DNA of 32,589 nucleotides from an uncultured Elusimicrobiaceae bacterium (GTDB lineage Bacteria; Elusimicrobiota; Elusimicrobia; Elusimicrobiales; UBA9959): NCBI GenBank assembly GCA_964549095.1, contig CAZJUL010000001.1, positions 1 to 32,589 of the forward strand, read 5' to 3'. Shown piece by piece: positions 17,701 to 23,845 of this stretch (position 1 is its first letter; each line of letters starts with the position of its first letter). The notes under the pieces were generated by a model. It saw only the letters and a program-made list of their open reading frames with translations, ran no database searches and was not told where the DNA came from. The position numbers and the translations under genes were made by a program.

Positions 17701-19749
17701 TACAACTCCTGCCGCAGATTGTTCGCGCGCCGTCGGCATAGCCGCCTTGCTTGTCCAGATATTGCCGCTGCGCCAGGCGGCGTAAACACCGCCCTTGGCC
17801 ACAACCGCGCCGGCCTGCCCCGTCTGCAGGTTGCCGAAGCCTTCCTGCGCGTAGGCGGAGGCGACTATGGCTGCGCTCGAAACCTCGTCGAAGTAGACGG
17901 AAGTGGGGGCGGGGGTGGGCGCCTCAAGGGTAACGGTGGAGCCCAGCGTGGCATATGCGGTAGCAGTGCCGTCATGGTGCAGGGCCGCCACGCGGAAATA
18001 ATAGGCGGTAAAGCCCCTCAGTCCGGAAAAAGTCGTGCTCAGATCGGATACGGAAGCTGTGGCCAGCACCGAAGAAAAATCGGAGTAGGCTGATATCTGC
18101 GCCCGGTAGGCAGTTCCCCCGGGATTGCCGTTGGCCTGCCAGTTAGCGGTAACGGAAAAAGAGCTGACCGAGGAAATAGGGGTCGCGGCGGCTGTCGGGG
18201 CCACGGCCAAAGTATAAGTGGAAACAGCCGGGCTTTCGGCTGTTTCTACGCCCGCAGAATTGCGCGCCTTGGCCTTGAAGGAGTACTGTGTGTTGGGGGT
18301 TAGGCCGCCGAAGCTTTGCGTTCCCGGGGGCATATAAAGCGCGGCGAACTGCGAGTAGGACCCTCCGTCGACAATATCATCGGAGTAGGCGAGGAATAAA
18401 TATATCGCCCTGTTCACCGTTACGGCCGCCCAGGAGTACTCATCGCTGAAGTTAAGGTAGGCCCTGACGGTCCAGGCATCGGCGGCCGGGTCATATTCCA
18501 GGTTGTTATTGGGGTGGTTCGCGCCCATGACGTAAACCTTGCCTCCCGAGACCGCCGCACCCAGCCCGCTCCCCGCTGCTGGCATCGGCGCCCTGTCGGA
18601 CCAGCTATGGGATGCGGGATCGTATTCTTCGTTGACGGCAAGGTCGCCGCCGCTGTTGCCGCCTATGGCGTAGATCTTGCCGTTGATAGCCGCCGCCCCC
18701 AGGTTCGTGCGCGCTGTCGGCATATCGGTGCCGGCCGACCAGGTATTGGAGTTGGGATAATACTTTTCGTTCTTGGCGGAGTAGGCGCCGCTGAACCCGC
18801 CCATCGCGTAAATATTCCCGTCCACCACCGCCGCCGCCAGCTCTCTACGGGCCGTAGGCATAGCCGTTCTTGTGGCCCAGGTATTGGCCGCGGGATCGTA
18901 TTCCTCGTTCGCCGACAGGTTGCCGCCGTTATAGCCGCCCATGACATAGATCTTCCCATTCGCCGCGGCGGCCGCCGCATAGGCGCGGCCGGTGGGCATG
19001 GCGGTCCTGGCGGTATAGGCGCCGGTAACCGGGTCAAATTCGGTTACCGTGGTATTATAGGTCGCTGTGTTATATACCCACATCGGCATCCCCGGATTCT
19101 CCGGGTCCTCTTCGTAAAACCCGATATAAGTGAGTCCGCCGAAAAGATAGATCTTGCCGCCGGATTCCGCTGCCGCCAGCCCCTGAAAATTGGGATGCGC
19201 GCCCTTTATGGCCCATGTGTCTCCGGCCCCCCAGGAACCATAGGAACCGTCCTTGGCCAGTTCCACCGCGGACAGACCGGTCCCCAGCTTCGTAAACGAG
19301 GCTTCGGCCGAAACTATCAGGGAGCCGGTCGAGACTTCCGCGAAGGTCACGGAAGAGGGTGTTTCTATGTGCGTCACGGCCGAAACGGTGGAAGTATAGG
19401 CCGAAACGCCCGCGTACTCCGCGGACACGCGGAAATAATATGTGGCGTTGGCCGAAAGACCGGAGAAAACCGCGCTCAGGTTATAGGTGTCGGAAGAAGC
19501 TGCTGTCGAGCTAAAAGCTTCGTCGGTGGCCGCCTGAGCGTGGTAGAGCGTGCCCGCAGGATTAAGGGAGTCGACCCAGGTAAAGGAATCGGATGTGGCG
19601 TTCGGGCTGGTAGGAACAGAGGTCCCAATAGCTTGGCCCTCCGCGGAAAGTCCGGCTATGAGCAAGCCGGCCGCAAACAGCGCGACCAGCGGCCGGGCTA
19701 AAAACCGATCAAGGGATTTAACAGAGCGGGACAGGGTTATTGCGCGCAT
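8710..19749 (-). CDS. Giant (~3,680 aa) secreted surface protein: signal peptide, 5 x (FN3 + FN3 interrupted by a six-bladed Kelch propeller), an FN3 array, Ig-like domains, and a T9SS-type (FlgD-Ig/por_Secre_tail-like) C-terminal sorting domain
   Basis: Uninterrupted 11 kb ORF. I prefer ATG 19749 (GGAGA lies 4 nt upstream) over the TTG at 19764 used by the track. MRAITLSRSVKSLDRFLARPLVALFAAGLLIAGLSAEGQA looks like a signal peptide. About 30 Kelch units follow the pattern GK(L/I)YA(V/I)GG...NEEYDP..N.W..K..MPT.R. There are many FN3-like units (NPAGT.Y.A.(L/I)S...Y..RVKA.N..G). The C-terminus is VKIKIYTLTGQLVDEISS...MQWDARNDGGKDVASGGYMAVISSPGNKTVIKKILVVR. Confidence 0.9.
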   Translation of the reverse strand: MRAITLSRSVKSLDRFLARPLVALFAAGLLIAGLSAEGQAIGTSVPTSPNATSDSFTWVDSLNPAGTLYHAQAATDEAFSSTAASSDTYNLSAVFSGLSANATYYFRVSAEYAGVSAYTSTVSAVTHIETPSSVTFAEVSTGSLIVSAEASFTKLGTGLSAVELAKDGSYGSWGAGDTWAIKGAHPNFQGLAAAESGGKIYLFGGLTYIGFYEEDPENPGMPMWVYNTATYNTTVTEFDPVTGAYTARTAMPTGRAYAAAAAANGKIYVMGGYNGGNLSANEEYDPAANTWATRTAMPTARRELAAAVVDGNIYAMGGFSGAYSAKNEKYYPNSNTWSAGTDMPTARTNLGAAAINGKIYAIGGNSGGDLAVNEEYDPASHSWSDRAPMPAAGSGLGAAVSGGKVYVMGANHPNNNLEYDPAADAWTVRAYLNFSDEYSWAAVTVNRAIYLFLAYSDDIVDGGSYSQFAALYMPPGTQSFGGLTPNTQYSFKAKARNSAGVETAESPAVSTYTLAVAPTAAATPISSVSSFSVTANWQANGNPGGTAYRAQISAYSDFSSVLATASVSDLSTTFSGLRGFTAYYFRVAALHHDGTATAYATLGSTVTLEAPTPAPTSVYFDEVSSAAIVASAYAQEGFGNLQTGQAGAVVAKGGVYAAWRSGNIWTSKAAMPTAREQSAAGVVSGKLYVIGGINTGTKYANNEEYDPVSNSWTAKANIPTARYNFAIAEISGKLYAVGGYNSGYKNTNEEYDPVANTWSTKAVMPTPREKLSAVALNGKLYAMGGAGTSTLNVNEEYYPVTDTWTAKAVMTTARYLFTAGAINGKIYTAGGYSTTYTNTTEAYDPGTNSWSTKAGMPTARYALSGGVIGGKLYAAGGAGDGIKSTTEEYDPANDTWNTKAAMPEVRYNFAAGVIGGKLYAAGGMIGAGMSVTNTALEYDPGVAHSFASLTPNTQYVFKAKARDSAGVETAESPVVSTYTLAFAPTAAAEPVSGVFLSSLTVSWADAVNPAGTLYRAQLSTLAAFSLITAASDTYNKSALFEGLDYGTTYYARVTGVNGNGIITDYLSLGSTRTFAYMAAPTSVYFDEISSASIVASAYTAEGFFGLQTLQAGALVAKNGTYADWRNGNTWTSKATMPTARRLLAAGAVNGKLYALGGDGVGSKTENEEYDPASNSWSVKTPMPTPRTGLAVAGIGGKLYAVGGYEAYSRDTNEAYDPVTNTWSTKASMPTPRYWLSAAPVNGKLYAIGGMTTTVVLSANEEYDPVADSWAVKTPMPSARYLLAAGVIDGRLYALGGQGSTLYFQANEAYDPQSDAWTVKAAMPTGRYCLTAGVMGGKLYAIGGWTGAVSSKNEEYDPVANLWTEKAALPPGNYDFASGVVNGRLYAVGGWNGAGISVTNTNWEYDPGVSHVFSGLTPNTLYNFKAKARDALGAETGESAEISTYTLAAVPAVPAEPFSGVTLSTLTANWSDDANPAGTLYRVQLSSLAAFSLITASSDTYNKSALFAGLEYGTVYYARVAAISAAGLVTDYQSLGSISTLTDMTTPTSVYFDEVSSASIVASAYAPAAFEDLDVDLAGVVVAKNGVYADWRSGNAWTAKEAMTAARGGAAAAAVNGKLYLVGGGPWEGELTTNEEYDPASNAWTAKASMSIARSQLAAVGLSGKVYAIGGVGNWSIYAETEEYDPETNAWTLKASMPTGRDAHSGEAVNGKIYVAGGYNGSSPDAMNYEYDAAADTWTTKAGMPYVRYGHTAAAVDGKVYILGGTGDSAGGWADNLSTMYAYDPGTDAWTEKTSLPAGRYGSAAAAAGGKLYAIGGHDGGDPAAYLATNEEYDPSADAWTAKASMPTARHSAYAAAIDGKLYVIGGSNGANLTTNEMYDPGVAHQFAGLTPNTQYTFKAKARSAAGIETAESPVVSTYTLAAVPGAPAFTEISSFSLTASWAANNNPAGTTYIAEISSNSFATAVASQTIATGAAFSSLAVNSAYAIRVKAVNSGGIHTGYSAVSSTYTAIEAPTSVYLDEVGTTTIVASAYAAAFTNIGSGSAGAVVAKDGAYADWRGGNNAWSAKAALPTARPNAAVGVIGGKMYVAGGGVVWDTWSLASAVNEEYDPVADAWTAKTPMPEARGQLAAGVIDGKLYAVGDANEAYDPVSNTWETKAAIPGARSQFAIASADGKLYAIGGIIGVELNENLEYNPVTDAWTAKTPMTKARRALAAGTINGKIYAVGGYGNRDGGGYETLPYTEEYDPATDSWTTKAEMNQARENYAAAVIGGKLYAVGGQQGTDKDYNEEFDPIANTWTMKAALTAPRAYLSAGVLNGKLYAVGGAAGGGAGSEGTALTLNEMYDPGTAQAFTGLTPNTQYAFKAKARSSGGTETAESPAVSTYTLAATPVADAISDVSTRTIRGNWAANGNPAGTLYTAELSTDAFVTLVDSAATTELFASFYALTPDTAYSLRVKARNGAGTYTAYTSLGSTVTLAAEPVADGLAVGSTYISGFWTENGNPSGTTYIAELSSNGFTNYDSNYGVSLFATFTPLIPNTAYELRVKAMNSAGTRTAYASLGSTVTLAAAPSSAAVSGVGETSLLANWTANGNPAGTVYIAELSTDAFVTAASSQTTGLSAGFASLTANTTYYLRVKALNSAGTPTDYTALGSTITLASGLLAAEVSGLGATGLTANWTANGNPAGTVYTAELSADGFSSAVSSQTAGLSAAFGSLTPNTVYALRVKAVNSAGTYTGYTSLGSTTTLAALPAAAAISGVGETAVTANWTANANPAGTVYIAELSADAFATVTSSQTVGVTATFNSLIANTAYALRVKAVNSADTHTGYTTLGSTLTLTVAPLASAITEVGVNGLTANWTANSNPAGTVYLAQVSAASNFSPVTASSQTIALNAVFSGLTANSTYYLRAQAFNASGGSAYADLGSTPTLSAVPASTALLSVSSYAVSIDWAPNGNPEPGTVYQVWRDVDNSFSQPVYALVSTTTYTAEGLAASTAYYFKVRAINHAGTYSGFDSAISTTTYPPPPGQAAAPVGTALGISSVSWTWTALAGASSYNIYPATDTAAAIGASVTSAFIQEGLTPNATYSVMTAGVNISGTGQLSAAGTPVWTPANPPTGAAASAVYATSATVVWALNGNPALTAARVERSTDNAAFAEVYAGGLLAYTDPDLLGCSTYYYRVRNLGGNGSYTDYNAAPQFRTQGSTPAAPGNFSAESLDGNLIALTWEHSPYEGVTEYRVYYDSGTGTIDYATPLAVLSSTVTAYTTAVLTSSPTYKFGLRAKNRCGLEDGNTSLLAAAGSINSLTGVRAAIKIPQTGKKVDGNRVTVMAELTLGDVFQTAQVRFQYKASTDAAWTDIPAASANHPNPDTTFPYMMHWDVSNLFGTNYDLRAVATDTQSAPDTAPGAVTVSVDSLDPDINENNAGGSSVTKDQKINNAVDNTLQAAAEGSAQTTRIFILAGSLSASTVTVTVTNNPASAPAAPDDVMTTGVITQITLSNGQTNFSGGLTAAITLGFADEDGDGIVDGTTVRADTLVMYSAETLAGPWRREFGSTVDLANKTVTGNTPHFSFFALFSPSAADLSGVRVYPVPFVPNDALTDNGVPYSSSDGNSGIIFDTLPASVKIKIYTLTGQLVDEISSANSSGKMQWDARNDGGKDVASGGYMAVISSPGNKTVIKKILVVR
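10975..12590 (-). repeat. Six tandem ~270 bp coding repeats (FN3 units) inside the giant gene
   Basis: Repeated protein unit ...ANWTANGNPAGTVY(I/T)AELS.D.F......QT.....F.SLT.NT.Y.LRVKA.NSAGT.T.Y..LGST.TLA. The LGST.TL-encoding DNA recurs near 12330, 12065, 11795, 11525, 11255 and 10985. Confidence 0.8.
12590..19630 (-). repeat. Five tandem ~1.4 kb coding super-repeats inside the giant gene (approximate boundaries 19630/18205/16806/15410/13990/12590)
   Basis: The module-ending peptide (Q/L)Y.FKAKAR...ETAES..(V/I)STYTLA recurs five times. Its DNA (ccttggccttgaa... followed by gtataggtggaaac-like) appears near 18270, 16870, 15470, 14050 and 12650. Long near-identical DNA stretches also occur, e.g. 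gcgctcttatt.ta.gtgtcgga.g.cgcggttatcaaagaga at ~15237 and ~16637. Confidence 0.85.
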
Positions 19750-19790
19750 GATGTCTCCAATCAAAGCAGTAAATTTCGGAAGGAACTACT

Positions 19791-19819
19791 ATTATATATA
19801 TTTAATTATAGCCGCTCAA
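19791..19819 (-). promoter_or_regulatory. Sigma-70-like promoter candidate for the giant gene
   Basis: The minus strand reads TTGAGC (19819..19814), a 17-nt spacer, then TATAAT (19796..19791). It sits in the only AT-rich patch upstream of the start at 19749. The consensus is borrowed from model bacteria and may not apply to this organism. Confidence 0.3.
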
Positions 19820-19856
19820 AACTTCCAGGACTATGGGGCAGGAATCCATAAACAGC

Positions 19857-19887
19857 AAGGGCGGCACGAGGTTTTCGTGTCGCCCTT
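19857..19887 (-). terminator. Terminator-like hairpin downstream of the P-loop ATPase gene
   Basis: 13-bp stem AAGGGCGGCACGA / TCGTGTCGCCCTT (one G:U-type position) with a 5-nt loop, 24 nt after the stop at 19911. The minus-strand RNA continues GCUGUUUAU. Confidence 0.45.
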
Positions 19888-19910
19888 ATTCTAAGCTGAT
19901 GATCCGAAGC

Positions 19911-20576
19911 TTACTTGTTCTGCCCCGCGGCTTCGGCCAGGACCGCTTCGGTCTTGACCTGCTCCAGCGCCAGCTTTTCGGCGGCGCGGGCCTGCTTGAT
20001 GGCTTCCAGGGTCTCATCCACTATCCTGTCGGACCATTCCTTGCGCTTCTCGGTGCTGGGCAGCGGCAGCGTCCTGTGGGGGATGTTCAGGTCCTCCAGC
20101 AGCTTGTTCAGGCGGTCGTAGATGTCCACCTGGAATTCTTTGTTGTAGGCCTCGCGTATGCCGTCGTCCTCCAGGTTGCCGATCAGCGGCAGCTTGTAGA
20201 TCATGTCGTACTGGAATTTCTCGGCGTAGCCCTGCAGGAAGTCGCGGATAAACTTGTTCTCGCCGCAGCGGCGCTCCATGTAGACCAGGTTGTCGAACAC
20301 GCTCCTGTCGCAGATGACCACCTGGTAGTTCCGGATTATGGCGCGGAGCTCTTCGGTGATGTGCTGCATCATTATGTAAAGCTGGGCCGGCAGGGTGGTG
20401 GTCTCGTTTATCGGGATGCCCTGCTCGTAAGCGGAGGCCGCTATTTCGGAGAATACTTTTACTTTGAGCCCGTGTTTCTTGAGTTCTGCGGCTACTTCGT
20501 AACAGAGGGTGGTTTTACCGGTACCGTGGGTGGAGATGAACGCTATCTTGTACGGACGCTTCTTGATGGGGGACAT
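19911..20576 (-). CDS. P-loop NTPase (AAA_28 / NadR-kinase-like ATP-binding protein)
   Basis: Walker A-like KIAFISTHGTGKTTL close to the N-terminus and a hydrophobic strand plus Asp (VVICDRS) as Walker B. The 221-aa size fits small standalone kinases or ATPases. Confidence 0.7.
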   Translation of the reverse strand: MSPIKKRPYKIAFISTHGTGKTTLCYEVAAELKKHGLKVKVFSEIAASAYEQGIPINETTTLPAQLYIMMQHITEELRAIIRNYQVVICDRSVFDNLVYMERRCGENKFIRDFLQGYAEKFQYDMIYKLPLIGNLEDDGIREAYNKEFQVDIYDRLNKLLEDLNIPHRTLPLPSTEKRKEWSDRIVDETLEAIKQARAAEKLALEQVKTEAVLAEAAGQNK

Positions 20577-20741
20577 TTTCTACTCTCCGCGAAATTTGGA
20601 TTAGCCCGGCAAGCGTTCGGTTCTTTTGGATTGGGTTTTTGGGCCCTGCCCCGCGCCTCCGGCGCGGAAATCGTTCACGCGGACTGATAGCTCAATACTA
20701 CACAATTTGCGCGGCGCCTGCAAATCCACGACGGGAAGAAA

Positions 20742-20767
20742 AAAACGCGGAACGCGCGGCGCGTTTT
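20742..20767 (-). terminator. Possible recQ terminator
   Basis: AAAACGCG (20742..20749) pairs with CGCGTTTT (20760..20767). On the minus-strand RNA the hairpin runs into a U7 tract (complement of A-run 20739..20745). It lies ~95 nt downstream of the recQ stop. Confidence 0.35.
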
Positions 20768-20861
20768 GCGGCAAAAACCAAAAACATTTTTTAAATTATT
20801 CCGCCCGGAATTCCCGGCCCGGAAAGACGCGGCTCTCCGGCGGAGCAGGCCGTTGTTCTCA

Positions 20862-22721
20862 TCATTCTTCCGACGGGGAAACGGCGGAGATGGCGTCGAG
20901 GAACAGCTGCCCGTACTTTTTCAGCCGGTATTCGCCTATGCCTTTTATCGCGCGCAGGTGGTAGAGGGTTTGCGGCCTGGCGGCGGCCATCTCCGCCAGC
21001 GTGCTGTCGTTGAAGATGGCGTAGGACGGTATGCCGGCCTTGTCGGCCAGGCTGCGCCGCAGCGCGCGCAGCCGCTCGAAAAGTTCCTCATCCTCCGTCC
21101 GGAGAACTAAGGCCAGGGCCCTCTTTTTCTTCGCTTTCTTCCCGCCTTTCGCTTTGCCCTTCGCCTTCGGCGGGACCGGCACGCCCAGGCGGACCTGCCC
21201 CTCGTCGCGGCAGAGCGCCCGCCCGGCCTCCGTGATGCGCAGGAGAGGGTAAAGCCCGTCTTCCACGACTTCCAGGTAATCCTGCACTATAAGCTGGTCC
21301 ATCCAGGAGCGCACCGCGGCCTCGCCGGCGTCCTTCAGCAGGCCGAACACCTGCAGTTTGTCGTGGCCGTTGCGAGCCGTGCGCTCGTCGCCCTTGCCGA
21401 GCAGCAGGTTCACCACGTAGCCGGCGCCGTACCGCCCTTCCGCGCGCCAGGCCGCGCTCAGGACTTTCTTGGCGGTGAGACGGGCTTCCTCTTCCGACAG
21501 GCCCTTGGTCTCGCCCAGGCAGACATCGCAGGCGCCGCAGCCCTCTTCGCCGGGCGCGGAGCCGTCCGCCGGGTACGGCGCGCCGAAATGCGTGGAGAGC
21601 AGGCTGTGGCGGCACACCGGCGCCACCGCGTAGCGGCCTATGTCGCGCAGCTGGCGCTCCACGGCCCGCTCCCGCTCCGGGGACATCAGGTCCTTCTTGG
21701 CCAGCCAGCGGTGCGTGGCCAGGTCGGAGGCGGAGAAGAGCAGCGTGCACTCGGCGCTGAATCCGTCGCGGCCGGCGCGGCCGCTTTCCTGCTGGTAATG
21801 CTCCACCGAACGCGGCGTGTTGGCGTGAACCACATAGCGCACGTCCGGGCGGTCTATCCCCATGCCGAAGGCGATGGTCGCCACTATGACGTCCAGCCGC
21901 TCTTTTACGAAATCTTCCTGCGCCTTGCGCCTCTCTTCGGCGCCCAGCCCGGCGTGGTAGGGCGCGCAGGAGACGCCCTCTGCCTTCAAGTTCGCGGCCA
22001 GGCGCTCCACGTCTTTTCGCGTCTGCGCGTAAACAATGCCGCCCTCGCCGGGATGGCGGCGCACTATCTCCAGCACCTGCTTTAACTGGTCGCGGCGCGG
22101 GAAAGCGCGGTAAACCAGGTTGGGCCGGTCCGGGTGGCCTATGAGTATTTCCGGCGAGCGCAGGCCGAGCTGGTCTAAAATATCCTTCTGCACGCCCGGC
22201 GTGGCGGTGGCCGTGAGCGCCATCCGCGCGGCTTTCGGGAACTTATCCAGCGCCTCGGTAAGGCGGCGGTACTCGGGCCTGAATTCGTGCCCCCAGTGCG
22301 AAACGCAGTGCGCCTCGTCTATCGCGGCCAGGATAAGGCGCGGGGCCAGCGTCTCGACAAGGTCGCCGGCCAGCAGGCGTTCCGGGCTTGCGTAGAGCAG
22401 TTCCGTCCTGCCGCAGGCCAGGTTGGCGTAAGCTTCGCGGCGGGGCCCGGCTTTAAGGTTGGAATGCAGCGCGTCGGCGGCCAGCCCGGCCTCGCGCGCC
22501 GCCGCCACCTGGTCGTCCATAAGGGCTATGAGCGGGGACACCACCAGCACCAGCCCCTTCCCCGCCGCCGCCGGAAGCTGGTAGCACAGGCTTTTGCCGC
22601 CGCCGGTGGGCAGCACTACCAGGCAGTCCCGCCCGGCCAGCGCGGCCGCTATGGCCTCTTTCTGCAGCGGCTTGAAGGAATCGTAGCCCCACCGCATTTT
22701 TAATATTTCTTCAGGAGTCAT
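20862..22721 (-). CDS. recQ: ATP-dependent DNA helicase RecQ
   Basis: WGYDSFKPLQKEAI, Walker A LPTGGGKSLCYQLPA, and DEAH box IDEAHCVSHWGHEFRPEY. Also the RecQ zinc-binding cysteines (CRH...CGACDVC) and a C-terminal HRDC-like segment (FERLRALRRSLADKAGIPSYAIFNDSTLAEMA). Confidence 0.95.
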   Translation of the reverse strand: MTPEEILKMRWGYDSFKPLQKEAIAAALAGRDCLVVLPTGGGKSLCYQLPAAAGKGLVLVVSPLIALMDDQVAAAREAGLAADALHSNLKAGPRREAYANLACGRTELLYASPERLLAGDLVETLAPRLILAAIDEAHCVSHWGHEFRPEYRRLTEALDKFPKAARMALTATATPGVQKDILDQLGLRSPEILIGHPDRPNLVYRAFPRRDQLKQVLEIVRRHPGEGGIVYAQTRKDVERLAANLKAEGVSCAPYHAGLGAEERRKAQEDFVKERLDVIVATIAFGMGIDRPDVRYVVHANTPRSVEHYQQESGRAGRDGFSAECTLLFSASDLATHRWLAKKDLMSPERERAVERQLRDIGRYAVAPVCRHSLLSTHFGAPYPADGSAPGEEGCGACDVCLGETKGLSEEEARLTAKKVLSAAWRAEGRYGAGYVVNLLLGKGDERTARNGHDKLQVFGLLKDAGEAAVRSWMDQLIVQDYLEVVEDGLYPLLRITEAGRALCRDEGQVRLGVPVPPKAKGKAKGGKKAKKKRALALVLRTEDEELFERLRALRRSLADKAGIPSYAIFNDSTLAEMAAARPQTLYHLRAIKGIGEYRLKKYGQLFLDAISAVSPSEE

Positions 22722-22764
22722 AAGGCAAGTTTATATATTCTCTATCTGCCGGGGCCAGGCGGCC

Positions 22765-23526
22765 CTACCCTCTGCATCTGCCGACCGGCGCCAGGTAAAC
22801 GGAAAACTCTTCTTTGCCGTCCGCTTTCACCAGGTTATCGGTCAATTCCTGGAAATACGCGCCTATCATGCAGGTGCCAAGCCCCAGCGCCTCGCAGGCC
22901 ATATGCAGATTCTGCCCCACATGCCCGGCGTCCAGGAGGACGGACTTCATGGCATGTTCTATGCCGTATCTCCACTCGGTGCGGTACGGCAGCGCGGTCC
23001 AGATGAACAGAACGGGCGCCTTGGCGCAGAATATCTGCCCGCACAGGGCTTTGGCTACGGCTTTTTTCGAAACAGGCGTGCCCTTAACAACGGCCAGGGA
23101 ATTCAGCGAAGCGATATACCTGTATATCCCCGGCTTTAAGCCGGTAATGTTCTGCGCGACAACGTATGTTTCAAAAGGATGCCTGGAACCCGCCGACGGG
23201 ACCGTTCTTTTTATCGCATGATGCGCGTGTCTTTTGTCGTCCCCCTCTTCTTTAATTCCCTGCGCGGCCCAAAGCAGATAGGACAGTTCGCCGGGCGATA
23301 CCGGCGAATCCGCAAAGCTCCTCACGCTTTTCCTGTCGCGGATGCAGCTTGTTATTAATGACTTTTTAATTTTTGTCTTTAACGGGTCGGGCAGCCTGAT
23401 CAATTCCGCCGCCCCCACGCTTTTTTCCGCCGGAGGTAAAAGCACTCCCTTCTGCTGATCCGACTTCTTAAACACATCAGCCAGATGATACCCATGCATC
23501 AACCGAATTATTTGTTCCCTATTCAT
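22765..23526 (-). CDS. SagB/ThcOx-type nitroreductase-family dehydrogenase
   Basis: RKSVRSF....V...ELSYLLWAAQG, then VPSAGSRHPFETYVV...GIYRY, then C-terminal LLDAGHVGQNLHMACEALGLGTC.IGAY. This is the pattern I associate with the SagB-type dehydrogenase domain. Confidence 0.75.
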   Translation of the reverse strand: MNREQIIRLMHGYHLADVFKKSDQQKGVLLPPAEKSVGAAELIRLPDPLKTKIKKSLITSCIRDRKSVRSFADSPVSPGELSYLLWAAQGIKEEGDDKRHAHHAIKRTVPSAGSRHPFETYVVAQNITGLKPGIYRYIASLNSLAVVKGTPVSKKAVAKALCGQIFCAKAPVLFIWTALPYRTEWRYGIEHAMKSVLLDAGHVGQNLHMACEALGLGTCMIGAYFQELTDNLVKADGKEEFSVYLAPVGRCRG

Positions 23527-23606
23527 GCAGTTTGTCCTATATCTCCAGAAAAATGAAGGATTTTGCTAAATTTCAAGACCTATCCCCAATTCCCTACAAA
23601 TACAGC

Positions 23607-23724
23607 CCATCACATAACCATCACATGACCACTATATGCCTTATATACATCAGCTATATGTCGTATATGCATTTTCTAACAATAAAATCTTAATATCGAA
23701 CGCCATCACATGACCATCACATAA
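23607..23724. repeat. Iteron-like repeat cluster at the GC-content break
   Basis: Four 11-bp units CCATCACAT(A/G)A at 23607..23617, 23618..23628, 23703..23713 and 23714..23724. They bracket two 16-bp imperfect direct repeats, TATATGCCTTATATAC (23633..23648) and TATATGTCGTATATGC (23655..23670), and an AT-rich spacer. Confidence 0.6.
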
Positions 23725-23845
23725 GATTTAGGCCCAAATTGGGACATATTTCGCATATTTGCGCGATTTGTTTTTAGGGTCAAACTCTTTAATGAGTTTT
23801 TCCCCAAGCTCACCTCAAGAATCGTCATAAGATAAAGGCTCCTGG

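Noticed and set aside
10975-19630. Periodic repeats that could be mistaken for a CRISPR-like or satellite array
   Set aside because: The periods are ~144 bp (Kelch), ~270 bp (FN3) and ~1.4 kb (module). They are in frame within one continuous ORF, there is no repeat-spacer structure, and the repeats are conserved at the protein level.
8710-19764. TTG start at 19764 for the giant gene, GTG start at 8713 for the PorV-like gene, and TTG at 29837 for the SEC-C gene
   Set aside because: In each case an in-frame ATG lies 3-5 codons downstream. For the giant gene it has a GGAGA just upstream, and for the barrel gene it yields a cleaner signal peptide. I kept these as alternatives rather than primary calls.
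20577-20861. Plus-strand ORFs 20626..20964 and 20766..21110 in and near the ATPase-recQ spacer
   Set aside because: Their translations are low-complexity Arg/Gly/Ser-rich. They overlap the 3' end of recQ and lack recognisable motifs or ribosome-binding sites. The spacer is better explained by a recQ terminator and the ATPase promoter.
22765-23526. A thiazole/oxazole-modified microcin (TOMM/RiPP) cluster seeded by the SagB-type dehydrogenase
   Set aside because: There is no YcaO/cyclodehydratase, precursor-peptide ORF or transporter next to it. The neighbours are recQ and the island boundary, so it is more likely a stand-alone nitroreductase-family enzyme.
23527-23845. A tRNA gene or integrase-associated att site at the island boundary
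   Set aside because: I could not find a cloverleaf-compatible sequence (no acceptor or T-arm pattern) in this spacer, and the window has no integrase or recombinase ORF. This was a check by eye only. tRNAscan-SE or Aragorn should confirm it.
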